Shown: piece after piece, positions 9,376-17,995 of the stretch
Layout of the letters: the number at the start of each line of letters is the position of its first letter
Numbering within the stretch: position 1 is the stretch's first letter
Assembly (NCBI GenBank): GCA_965661285.1
Contig: CBFIDD010000001.1
Coordinates: forward strand, 436,852 to 500,851
DNA from: Poseidonia sp.
Lineage (GTDB): Archaea > Thermoplasmatota > Poseidoniia > Poseidoniales > Poseidoniaceae
Direction of reading: 5' to 3'
DNA length: 64,000 nt
The notes under the pieces: generated by a model
Told to the model about the DNA's origin: nothing
The model's database searches: none
What the model saw: only the letters and a program-made list of their open reading frames with translations
Translations under genes and position numbers: made by a program

Positions 9376-10323
9376 TCAGGATGAGTGCCCCAATTGGCTC
9401 AAGACTTCACCAACGCCTCTGGCCAGCGCCGGACCCCCTGAAATCACGTCCCGTGCGTTGGGCAGCGACCCCGTGGCGTGGACGCCGTCGACGTAGCGAA
9501 GCAGACGGGCGATGGCCCCACCCGTGAACAGTCCGTGGCTGCAGGCGGCGTGGACTTCAACCGCCCCCTGACTTCGGAGGGCTTCGGCTGCACGACAGAT
9601 GGTCCCGCCGGTGGCGATCATGTCGTCAACGATGGCGACCGACTTCCCGGCCACATCCAAATCTTTGGCTTTGTGAACGATGGTATGGGCGTCGATTCGT
9701 GTTTTTTCAAGGTACGAGAATTCGCACCCAATTTGTTGAGCGACGCTCGAGGCTCGGTCAATGGCACCTTTGTCGGGAGACAGGATGAAATCAGGATCGA
9801 CCGATTCTTTGAGATGATGCGCCAGTTCGGGCATGGCGGTTGTGAAGGCCACCGGTATCGACATGTCGCTCAGGACGGCCGGTGCATGCAGGTCGAGCAG
9901 AACCATGCCGTCGCACCGGGTAGCAAGCATCTCGGCAATGGCACGCGCCGAAATCGATTCGCCCGGCTTGAATCGCTTGTCTTGCCGAGAGTACCCAAAA
10001 TAGGGAATCGCCAAAATGACACCTTTTCCTACGTCAGGGAGGGTCTGAGGGCCTATTTCTCGCAAATTTTGCAAACGGCCAGCGCGAACGTCTTGAATGG
10101 CATCCAACATCAGCAAGGTTTCCACGATCCCAGAGTCAGGGAAGGTGTTTGACACGAGGACAACGGGTTCGACTCGAAGAGCTTCCAGCGTTTCGGTGGG
10201 GATTCGAATGTACCCTTCCGTATCGGGGAACCGACGGGTCTCAAGGGAGTGGTGGTCCCACCCCATGGTTTCAGCGAGTTGTTTCGCCATGGTCGATGCG
10301 TTGCTACCAGATACGACGACCAT
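9376..10323 (-). CDS. prs: Ribose-phosphate pyrophosphokinase
   Basis: RRFPDTE, PYFGYSRQDKRF, LSPDKGA, IVDDMIATGGT; the ORF-track N-terminus runs through a tRNA, so the start was moved to 10323. Confidence 0.93.
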   Translation of the reverse strand: MVVVSGSNASTMAKQLAETMGWDHHSLETRRFPDTEGYIRIPTETLEALRVEPVVLVSNTFPDSGIVETLLMLDAIQDVRAGRLQNLREIGPQTLPDVGKGVILAIPYFGYSRQDKRFKPGESISARAIAEMLATRCDGMVLLDLHAPAVLSDMSIPVAFTTAMPELAHHLKESVDPDFILSPDKGAIDRASSVAQQIGCEFSYLEKTRIDAHTIVHKAKDLDVAGKSVAIVDDMIATGGTICRAAEALRSQGAVEVHAACSHGLFTGGAIARLLRYVDGVHATGSLPNARDVISGGPALARGVGEVLSQLGHSS

Positions 10324-10391
10324 GCCATCCCCTTGGTCAAAGCCAACGGCTGGCCCTTCATCTTCTTTGCGAGACGCTTGAACCGTGAGAA

Positions 10392-10468
10392 TGGTGCGCG
10401 AGGCAGGACTTGAACCTGCGACCTCCCGGTTATCAGCCGGGTGCTCTAACCGACTAAGCCACCCGCGC
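10392..10468 (-). tRNA. tRNA-Ile(GAT), CCA encoded
   Basis: GCGCGGG acceptor, anticodon arm CCCGG-CT-GAT-AA-CCGGG, T arm GCAGG-TTCAAGT-CCTGC, 3' ACCA. Confidence 0.95.
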
Positions 10469-10543
10469 AAGGGTAAACTCGCCGACTTGACCCCCCGTCA
10501 TAAGCATGACGGCTCGCACTGGAGTGCTTCTCGACGAAAGGAA

Positions 10544-11128
10544 TCACTCTTCTTCCATGTTGTTGATCGTGATGTACGAAGGCAACTGCATGACTTTCTC
10601 GAAGGTTCGGGAGAGGACGACTTCGTCCAATCGCTCTCGGGTTCGTGCCAGGGCCGTAATCGGAATGCGAATCGTAGGCTCAACGCCGAATTCCATTTGC
10701 ATGCGCATGCGGGTGGTGACGATGACGCCCTTGTACGTGCGCTTTACGCGAAACAGGCCCGTGATAACGCCGATTTCCTCACCCTGGTTGTCGAGGACGG
10801 CTCGGTCAAGCATCTCGTCGGGTGCATACAACTTCTCATCGATGCGCACGGTGTTGCGCCAGCGGCGCTGCAACTCGCGCATGGATTTCGACAGCTTGAC
10901 GGTCCCGTCGCCTCGGATGCTGTGAACCAGTTCCTTCGGTAGCGGGGCCAATTCGGCCGGCTTTCGCATGTATTCGTCAGCAACGTCGGGTGCCACTTGA
11001 ATCCGCATGGATTGCACACGGGCCTCGTTTGGGTGGTGTCGCTCACCCACGATCGTTCCTACTTTCTTATCGTTGACATAGACATCGCGTTGGATCAATT
11101 CCTGGATGCCGTAATCTGTGTTTTTCAT
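10544..11128 (-). CDS. Tandem PRC-barrel domain protein (CdpB-like)
   Basis: Two PRC-type starts, ELIQRDVYVNDKKVGTI and EMLDRAVLDNQGEEIGVI. Confidence 0.7.
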   Translation of the reverse strand: MKNTDYGIQELIQRDVYVNDKKVGTIVGERHHPNEARVQSMRIQVAPDVADEYMRKPAELAPLPKELVHSIRGDGTVKLSKSMRELQRRWRNTVRIDEKLYAPDEMLDRAVLDNQGEEIGVITGLFRVKRTYKGVIVTTRMRMQMEFGVEPTIRIPITALARTRERLDEVVLSRTFEKVMQLPSYITINNMEEE

Positions 11129-11537
11129 TTCCCATCTCTCCTGCCGATTTTGTTCGGCTTACCCTTCTGTCGACATCGGCACCTAATATATTCTTCGTAG
11201 AATAAAATATCATTTCCAATTACATTTGACGCATAATCTACCCTTCAACCAATTGAAATATAGAAAAAAATTTGATTTTTGATGTCGCATAACGCGTCAA
11301 ACTGCAGTTGAATTCTTTCTTCTATCGAGTAGGCAAAGAAACTGATTTCCAATTGGAAACACAAGAATAGAGAAAATTTCTTCCGCCGATACATTTCGGG
11401 GCGTCAACAGATCTGAAAGTTTGCATTTTTCAATTGAGGATTCGCATATTTTCGCGATTTTTGCTGCTCCTCGCCCGTTGAGAAGTGTGAGCACCAAGCC
11501 GAGAAGTCTTGATGAGGTAGGCCCCCTGCGTTAACCC
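11129..11537. promoter_or_regulatory. AT-rich intergenic island between divergent genes, carrying several CAATTG-core palindromes (candidate centromere-like or origin region)
   Basis: Sharp drop in GC; TTTCCAATTGGAAA at 11346-11359; related sites at 11213-11222, 11246-11259 and 11427-11440; inverted TTTGACGC/GCGTCAAA at 11225/11294. Confidence 0.6.
11346..11359. repeat. 14-bp palindrome TTTCCAATTGGAAA, exact copy 1 (intergenic)
   Basis: Read directly from the sequence. Confidence 0.9.
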
Positions 11538-12338
11538 ATGACCGTCGTGATGCTGCTCGCTGACCCCCAGCACCCGCTGGTGTCGGCCGTCGTGGAACGG
11601 GGTATGATGGAGGGCCTCACGTTCACCACGACCCCAGTGCTGGAAGACGCCCTCAAACACGAGCACAAGGCGATTTTGCAAGCCTTTCCGGACAGCTTTC
11701 AGCCTCAACGAGAAACCACGGTGGCTGATTGGTCCATCGAAATCGCAGGAGCGCAAAGGCCGCCCGCAAACTGCCCGATTCACCGACGCATGACCGTTCA
11801 ATTCGGCCACGAGAACCCCACAACATCCAGTGAGCACCTGGTTGTTTTCGTTCACGATATGCTGCCGCCAGCACCCGTTTCCGAAGAGGCCGGCTTCTTC
11901 GCCGTGTGGCTCACGCACGTCGAGGAGAACACCAAACCCGACCTCAGGGGGGATCAACGATACTGGTGTGACCGGTTTGATGTGGCGTACGGCGTGGTTG
12001 AGCTCCTCAAAGGCAAGCCCGAGGAACCATCGCTTCACTTGGCGGGCCGACGAGCGTGGTCACTTGAGGAGACCTGGATGGAATTCACAGACCTCGCACG
12101 GCGTGCTCGAGCCGGACAAACGGGCCATTTCGAGGTGGACCACCTCGTTGCAAAAGGCGTCCAGTCCGTCAAAGCCGTCAGCGTGGAAGCGGCGGCGAAT
12201 CGCTACGAACGACCGGACTTGGGCGCCATTCACCGTTTTCTCAAGAACGTGGACGGCGAAGGTTGGCGCCCAAAAATACCGCTACGCCAAAGTTTGATGT
12301 TCGTCCTTGCTGACCTCAACGAGCGTCAAGACGCGTGA
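11538..12338 (+). CDS. Hypothetical protein, possibly a degenerate extended-SDR (epimerase-like) fold
   Basis: C-terminal GWRPKIPLRQSL and RFDVAYGVVELL resemble epimerase motifs; no GxxGxxG. Confidence 0.55.
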   Translation: MTVVMLLADPQHPLVSAVVERGMMEGLTFTTTPVLEDALKHEHKAILQAFPDSFQPQRETTVADWSIEIAGAQRPPANCPIHRRMTVQFGHENPTTSSEHLVVFVHDMLPPAPVSEEAGFFAVWLTHVEENTKPDLRGDQRYWCDRFDVAYGVVELLKGKPEEPSLHLAGRRAWSLEETWMEFTDLARRARAGQTGHFEVDHLVAKGVQSVKAVSVEAAANRYERPDLGAIHRFLKNVDGEGWRPKIPLRQSLMFVLADLNERQDA

Positions 12339-13342
12339 GGCTCACTGAAGAGGTCAGCACCCAGGAGCGGAAGCAGGAGACTCGCATCACCTTCAACACA
12401 GACGTGCGGGGCCTCCGGCCTCATCTTACCCCACGAGATGGCTTCACGGAGCCGTGCACCCGAGAGGCTGCCATCGTGCTCGGGTGCCGTGGTGATGTAA
12501 ACGGCACTGTCAAGCCCGCCGCGGTATTGATTCCACCATATGACGTGATGTTTGGAGATGCCTCCTCCAACCATCAAGGCGTTCGAGGTTTCAACGTCCC
12601 AGGTCAAGTCGCTCATGATTTGCTCGTCAGCCAGGGTGTCAAGGTGGAAATCTCGGTGTTTTTGCCTGAACATGAACAACTGCGCACCGATTGAACCGTC
12701 GGTGATGCCCGGGATACACACGGGAATACGGTGTTTTGCAGCCCAATAAATCAGCGTATCCGGCGTTCCAATACGCTCGCCGAGCTCCCATACAAGATGG
12801 ATGGAGCCAAAGCCTAACCAAGCATCGGCGCCCGTCTTTCCCGTTTGTTCAAGTCGGTCGTTGTAAATCTCTTCGAGGACGGGCAGGACCACGGCTTCAA
12901 TGATTTCACCGTAGGATGCGTTGGGTACGATCACGTTGCCAAGTCGCATCAATTCGTGTTGACCCAACTCGATATCATCCAGTTCAAACGAGCCGTGGTA
13001 GTAGTGCTTGTAGGCGCGTGCAATGTCGTGGTCAAGCGTTCCGCAGGTGGTTGAAACCACGTTGAACATCTTTCGCTTGATGGCTTCAACGAAGAAACCA
13101 CGGGTCCCCGTGGCACACAAACAGGCGGGGAACGAAAGCCAGTTGGTCACCTTTGTTGCATCACCGTCCACGGCCGCTGCTTCACTGCGCATCTGCTCAA
13201 GGATGCTGCGGGCCTGCGCGAACTTCGTTGCAGTAAAGCCTCCAGCCAACGCCATTTGATCAATCAGCGCACGAGGAGAGCTGGCCTTTGAGAAATCATA
13301 GTCGACGACGGGGACATCAAAGGCATCAGGGTCAACAGCCAT
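12326..13342 (-). CDS. dys: Deoxyhypusine synthase
   Basis: GGFTA, STTCGTLDHD, RLGNV, PGITDGSIG, GGGISKH, DGSLSGARLREAISWGK. Confidence 0.95.
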   Translation of the reverse strand: MAVDPDAFDVPVVDYDFSKASSPRALIDQMALAGGFTATKFAQARSILEQMRSEAAAVDGDATKVTNWLSFPACLCATGTRGFFVEAIKRKMFNVVSTTCGTLDHDIARAYKHYYHGSFELDDIELGQHELMRLGNVIVPNASYGEIIEAVVLPVLEEIYNDRLEQTGKTGADAWLGFGSIHLVWELGERIGTPDTLIYWAAKHRIPVCIPGITDGSIGAQLFMFRQKHRDFHLDTLADEQIMSDLTWDVETSNALMVGGGISKHHVIWWNQYRGGLDSAVYITTAPEHDGSLSGARLREAISWGKMRPEAPHVCVEGDASLLLPLLGADLFSEPHAS

Positions 13343-13393
13343 GGTACAACCTCGCGGCTTTGCTTCATGAAGGTGGCCCTCAGAGGGGTTGGA

Positions 13394-15823
13394 CTAATCG
13401 TTCCAGCGTTCCAATTCATGAAGCCGGTCTCGAAGTCGTGCGGCTTCTTCAAAATCAAGGTCCTTGGCCGCTTCGTTCATCGCTTGTCGCAACGATTCCA
13501 TGAGGGCTGCTCGCTCGTCTGGCGAGAGATCGGCAGCGAGGTCATCTGGTTCATCATATGTCAATTGAGAATTTGAATTTTCAATTGCTTTTTCACTCTT
13601 CTCGGTCGCACCCCACGAACCCGCCCCGAGTCGCAAGCGCTGCGCCCAGTCGCCGTCTCGACGTCCACCTTTTTTGGCGATGAGGCGGCGTTTCCCATCA
13701 CTTCCCGTGGTCGTGCCGGCGATGGTTTCGTCCTCGGTCTGCCCCATGACGGGAAGGGCCTTGACGATGGTTTTGGGGGTGATGCCCAACGCTTCGTTGT
13801 TGGCTTGTTGGCGTTGTCGACGTTCGAGCGTTTGCCGAATGGCCGCCTCCATGGCAGGCGAAAACCCGTCAGCATACAGGAGCACCTTGCCGTTTTGATT
13901 TCGAGCGGCTCGACCGATGGTTTGCAAGAGACTTCGCTCGTTTCGAAGGAAACCCTGGCGGTCAGCATCGAAGATGGCCACCAAACTCACTTCTGGAATG
14001 TCAAGACCCTCTCGCAGCAGATTGATGCCGACAATCACGTCGATGTGCCCGTGGCGCAGGGCGTTGATGATCTCGGTGCGCTCGATGGTGTCAATTTCCG
14101 AATGCAAGTGGTGCGCCTTGACCCCCATTCGATTGAGGTAGGCCGCAACCTCCTCTGCGAACTTGATGGTCATGACGGTCACCAAACACCGCTCACCTTG
14201 TTCAATTCGGGCGTTGATCTCAGTGAGGAGGTCGTTGATTTGACCGGCCGTTGGACGAACCTCGATCTCCGGGTCGAGCAGGCCAGTGGGCCTCAGCTCC
14301 ATCTTCGCAATGCCCTGTATGCTCTGAAGCATGTCGTACATGGATTCGGCTTCGGGGTGCTTTTTGGAGATATCCGGCTCTCCCGCCCCGCCGCCGCTGG
14401 GCGAGTGCAGAAGGCCGTTGGGGACGGTTTGTCCGGTGATTTCGCAAAGGTGCCGAAGTTCACGTTCACCCGGCGTGGCGGAAACATAGACCATTTGGGG
14501 GACCAAACGCTGGAATTCAGGGAGTTTAAGCGGGCGGTTGTCCGCTGCGGTTGGCAAACGGAAGCCGTGCGTGATGAGGCTCTCTTTGCGAGAACGGTCG
14601 CCGTGGTACATGCCCCCAACCTGCGGGAGGCTCACGTGGGATTCGTCCATGATGACGAGGTACTTCTGTGGATCGCCGTGGAATTGATTGGCGCACGCCG
14701 CGAAGAAATCAAGCAGGCAGTACGGCCGTTGACCCGGTTCACGGCCATCAAAGTGCAAGGAATAGTTCTCCACAGACTGGCAGTGGCCGATTTCACGCAG
14801 CATTTCGAGGTCGTATTCGGTTTTCTGCTCCAGACGGTAGCGTTCGAGTTCTTTGCCCTGTTGGGCGAACCACTTGCTGCGTTCGTTGAGTTCTTGCTCG
14901 ATGGATTCCAAGGCCGCCTCAAACCGTTCGGGGCTGGTCATGAAGAATTCCTTCGGGTGAATCCATGCCTCCTCAAGGTTGTCCAACGCCTCCCAAGACA
15001 CCGGGTCACAAATTTGGATGCTCTTGATACCGTCAAAGTCGAACACGATGCGAAGCGGGTCGTCGCGGCTTGGCATCCAGATGTCGACCACTTCACCTCG
15101 GACTCGACATTCGCCTCGCTTGAGGTCGGTTGTCGTCCGGCGATATTGAAGTTCAATTAATTCCCTCAGAAGGTCGCGGGTTTCGATGGCTTGTCCTACA
15201 TGGCAGCGCAGATGATACTCCAGGAAGGTCTCGGGCGGATTCAAACCGTAAATGCAGGAGACCGATGAGACGACCACGCAATCCGGTCGGGAAACCAACG
15301 AGGCCACCGCCGCAAAGCGCTCTTGCTCGATGCGTTCGTTAATGCTCAGCTCTTTGTCAATGTACAGGTCCCGCTTGGCGAGGTAGGCCTCTGGCTGATA
15401 GTAGTCATAGTGAGAGACGAAATATTCCACCGCATTGTCGGGAAAGTAACCCACCATTTCCTGATGTAACTGGCGAGCAAGGGTCTTGTTGTGGCTCATG
15501 ATGAGGGTCGGGATGTTGAGTTGCTCGATGATGTGCGCCATGGCAAACGTCTTGCCGCTGCCGGTTACACCCAGCAGCACACAACGTTCTTGACCATTTT
15601 CCAATTGGGAAATCAATTTTTCTATTGCTTTTGGTTGGTCTCCGGCCGGGTCAAACTCGGCGTGGAGACGGAACCGCTTCACGTCGGGCCTCAATTCCTC
15701 GAGCGCAGCCCCGTCGAGGGCTTTGGAGAGGTCAAACGGATTTCGCTCAGAAAGGTCGACCTCCAACAGCGGTTGGTCAGCCAGCGCCTCAAAAGAGCCG
15801 TCGTCGTCCCAGTCATTCACCAT
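13394..15823 (-). CDS. uvrB: Excinuclease ABC subunit B
   Basis: PAGDQPKAI, GVTGSGKT, HNKTLARQL, YDYYQPEAY, DESH, GINLLREGLD, C-terminal UVR domain DFEEAARLRD. Confidence 0.97.
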   Translation of the reverse strand: MVNDWDDDGSFEALADQPLLEVDLSERNPFDLSKALDGAALEELRPDVKRFRLHAEFDPAGDQPKAIEKLISQLENGQERCVLLGVTGSGKTFAMAHIIEQLNIPTLIMSHNKTLARQLHQEMVGYFPDNAVEYFVSHYDYYQPEAYLAKRDLYIDKELSINERIEQERFAAVASLVSRPDCVVVSSVSCIYGLNPPETFLEYHLRCHVGQAIETRDLLRELIELQYRRTTTDLKRGECRVRGEVVDIWMPSRDDPLRIVFDFDGIKSIQICDPVSWEALDNLEEAWIHPKEFFMTSPERFEAALESIEQELNERSKWFAQQGKELERYRLEQKTEYDLEMLREIGHCQSVENYSLHFDGREPGQRPYCLLDFFAACANQFHGDPQKYLVIMDESHVSLPQVGGMYHGDRSRKESLITHGFRLPTAADNRPLKLPEFQRLVPQMVYVSATPGERELRHLCEITGQTVPNGLLHSPSGGGAGEPDISKKHPEAESMYDMLQSIQGIAKMELRPTGLLDPEIEVRPTAGQINDLLTEINARIEQGERCLVTVMTIKFAEEVAAYLNRMGVKAHHLHSEIDTIERTEIINALRHGHIDVIVGINLLREGLDIPEVSLVAIFDADRQGFLRNERSLLQTIGRAARNQNGKVLLYADGFSPAMEAAIRQTLERRQRQQANNEALGITPKTIVKALPVMGQTEDETIAGTTTGSDGKRRLIAKKGGRRDGDWAQRLRLGAGSWGATEKSEKAIENSNSQLTYDEPDDLAADLSPDERAALMESLRQAMNEAAKDLDFEEAARLRDRLHELERWND
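13558..13591. repeat. Pair of degenerate palindromes (CAATTG cores 20 bp apart) inside uvrB
   Basis: ATGTCAATTGAGAA and TTTTCAATTGCTTT in an AT-rich patch. Confidence 0.6.
15598..15631. repeat. Near-exact palindrome TTTCCAATTGGGAA with a degenerate partner 20 bp away, inside uvrB
   Basis: 13/14 match at 15598-15611; TTTTCTATTGCTTT at 15618-15631. Confidence 0.75.
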
Positions 15824-15844
15824 GGAATCACCCGCATGCTCGCA

Positions 15845-16576
15845 TCAGGGGAGATAAAGTCCGCCGTTGACATGAAGAATGGCGCCTGTGATGTAGGATG
15901 AATCAGGACCGACGAGGAAGGAAACGGTGGCCGCCATGTCCTCGGGTGAACCCACACGCTGAAGGGGCACTTCCTGTTCCCGCTGCTGACGCTTTTCGGG
16001 GCTATCGCCGGCGAGGATGTCGGTGTCCACGTAGCCGGGGGCGAGAATGTTCACACGCTTGCCCTCTGGACCAACGGACTGTGCAAGCGAGCGCGCCCAC
16101 GTCGATAGGGCAGCTTTTGAGGCGGCGTAATCTGCGCCGTGCGGGGAGCCCCGAGTCCCGAGTTGAGAGCCAACCACCACCATCCGTGCGTGTGGCGTCA
16201 AGTAGGGCTGGACGGCTTTCCACACGGCTACGGCACCCTCAAAATTGGTTTTCATGGTCGCCGTCAAATCATCGAGGGTCATGGCGTGGCCCTGCACCCG
16301 GTTGTAGACGCCGTGATTCAACACGAGCACGTCAATGCCTCGATCCATCCACGGGTGTTGACCGAGCAAGCCAACCTCGCCCATGTCAGCACAGTCGACC
16401 TTCACCGCCAACGCATCGTCGCCACGCTCTCGGATTTCATCAACGATCATCTCGGCTGGCTTGGAAGATTGATTGTAGGTGAGCAGGACGTCGTAGCCGT
16501 CAGCGGCCAAGCGGTCGGAGATGGCGGCACCAATTCCTCGACCACCACCGGTGACAAGCGCTACGGGACGGCTCAT
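15845..16576 (-). CDS. SDR-family oxidoreductase (FabG-like)
   Basis: TGGGRGIG, YAASK, VNILAPGYVDT, YITGAILHVNGG. Confidence 0.92.
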   Translation of the reverse strand: MSRPVALVTGGGRGIGAAISDRLAADGYDVLLTYNQSSKPAEMIVDEIRERGDDALAVKVDCADMGEVGLLGQHPWMDRGIDVLVLNHGVYNRVQGHAMTLDDLTATMKTNFEGAVAVWKAVQPYLTPHARMVVVGSQLGTRGSPHGADYAASKAALSTWARSLAQSVGPEGKRVNILAPGYVDTDILAGDSPEKRQQREQEVPLQRVGSPEDMAATVSFLVGPDSSYITGAILHVNGGLYLP

Positions 16577-16620
16577 GAGGTGGGGTGGGCTTCATTGTTC
16601 ATGAAACCATGTGAGCGCTT

Positions 16621-17007
16621 TCACACATCGTCGGGAAGGAATTGCGCCAACTGAGGAGGTTGCCAGCCCTCGGGCTTCAGCACCTTGCCGTCTTCGCGAC
16701 GGATGACCTTACCGTCCACCAACTTGGCCATATTGGAGCGGTGAACCTCATTGAAGGCATCGTCGTAAATGTCCTGCATGCCGTGGTTGATGATGGTTCC
16801 AGCGAGGATGTAGCCAATATCGGCCAGCGCATCCAAGACCTCAACCAAATCCCCTGCACGGGCGGCCTCGGCGTACTCTTGCACTTCTTCGGTCAGCAGT
16901 TTGATTCGCAGCTCGATCAGTTCATCTGGCCCGAGACCGGGGGCGTCAAGTTTGGGAATCTCAAAGGCTTGGTTGAATTCAAGCAGCGAGGCGACGATGG
17001 GGTTCAT
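16621..17007 (-). CDS. MazG-like/PRA-PH nucleoside triphosphate pyrophosphohydrolase
   Basis: LLTEEVQEY, DALADIGY, EVHRSNMAK, REDGKVLKP. Confidence 0.88.
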   Translation of the reverse strand: MNPIVASLLEFNQAFEIPKLDAPGLGPDELIELRIKLLTEEVQEYAEAARAGDLVEVLDALADIGYILAGTIINHGMQDIYDDAFNEVHRSNMAKLVDGKVIRREDGKVLKPEGWQPPQLAQFLPDDV

Positions 17008-17074
17008 GAACAGCGTTTCTCAAGCCGGCTCAAGAACCTTCACCACCTTGAGTTCGAGGTGATGAGCGGGTGCA

Positions 17075-17995
17075 TCAGTCAAGTGCAGAACCTGCAGATT
17101 CGACCGAGAATCCGAAGACCAAGGCGACCAACAATACCCATCCCGTGAGCATTGACACCCGAAACAGCACCGTTTGGAAGTCGGCGAAGCGATTCATCCG
17201 AAGAACGACGACGATGTTGGCCAGTGCCATGATGGCTGCGGCACCGAGGAACCAAATCCCGTCCATAGGATCCGAGATTGCAAAGCAGGCAAACCAGAGC
17301 AGCGAAAGTTGCACCGTCGTGCGTGTTGTTGCCTTGTCCCCAAATTTCGACGGGAAGGAATGGATGCCCTGCTCGCGGTCGCTCTCAACGTCCATGCGAG
17401 CGTAATTGATGTCAAAGGCGGCAATCCACAAGGCGACGCCAATGGAAATGGGCAGGATGGTCGGCACCCAAAGGAATTCGGTTCGCCCGGATAGCAAGCC
17501 GGTGATGGCCCCCCAGCCGTGAACATCTGCAGCGATGGCGACCCAAGCCCCGGCGGGAGCGAGACCGAGGCAAAGCCCCAGCCAGAAGTGGCACCCCCAA
17601 GTAAAGCGCTTCATGTACGGGTAGATCACGAAGGTCAGCACGGGCAGCCAGGCCATCATCAGAGCGACCCTGTTCAGCAATCCAGCGCTGATGAGTAACA
17701 TCGCCAAGAACACGGCTGCAAGGCCCCAGGCCGCCCCCATGCTCATGCTGCCAGAGGCGAGATGGCGTCCTTGTGTGCGAGGATTGGCGGCGTCGATGTC
17801 GCGGTCAATGATTCGATTGAGGGCCATGGCGAGCCCTCGGGCACCGACAGCGGCAAACAGGATCCAAACAAGGTCCATTCCAGGCTCGATGTTAAACTGG
17901 CGAAGAGCGATCATGTAGCCCATCAGTACGAATGGGAGGGAGAACAGCGTATGCTCGATTTTGATGAAGGACAAGACTTGCTTGACGTCCATCAC
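17075..17995 (-). CDS. UbiA-family polyprenyltransferase (MqnP-like)
   Basis: IKIEHTLFSLPF, MALNRIIDRDIDAANPRT, FDINYA, D..SDREQGIHSFP. Confidence 0.9.
   Translation of the reverse strand: MMDVKQVLSFIKIEHTLFSLPFVLMGYMIALRQFNIEPGMDLVWILFAAVGARGLAMALNRIIDRDIDAANPRTQGRHLASGSMSMGAAWGLAAVFLAMLLISAGLLNRVALMMAWLPVLTFVIYPYMKRFTWGCHFWLGLCLGLAPAGAWVAIAADVHGWGAITGLLSGRTEFLWVPTILPISIGVALWIAAFDINYARMDVESDREQGIHSFPSKFGDKATTRTTVQLSLLWFACFAISDPMDGIWFLGAAAIMALANIVVVLRMNRFADFQTVLFRVSMLTGWVLLVALVFGFSVESAGSALD

Noticed and set aside
10324-10470. N-terminal extensions of the prs and GIDE (42957-43133) ORFs
   Set aside because: They run through a tRNA or the tRNA-linked repeat; better starts exist downstream
11226-11253. 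dif-like site (TTGACGCATAA resembles the XerC arm)
   Set aside because: The right arm CTTCAACCAAT does not match or mirror a Xer arm
11297-11497. Small ORF in the AT island
   Set aside because: Atypical composition, no motif; more likely non-coding
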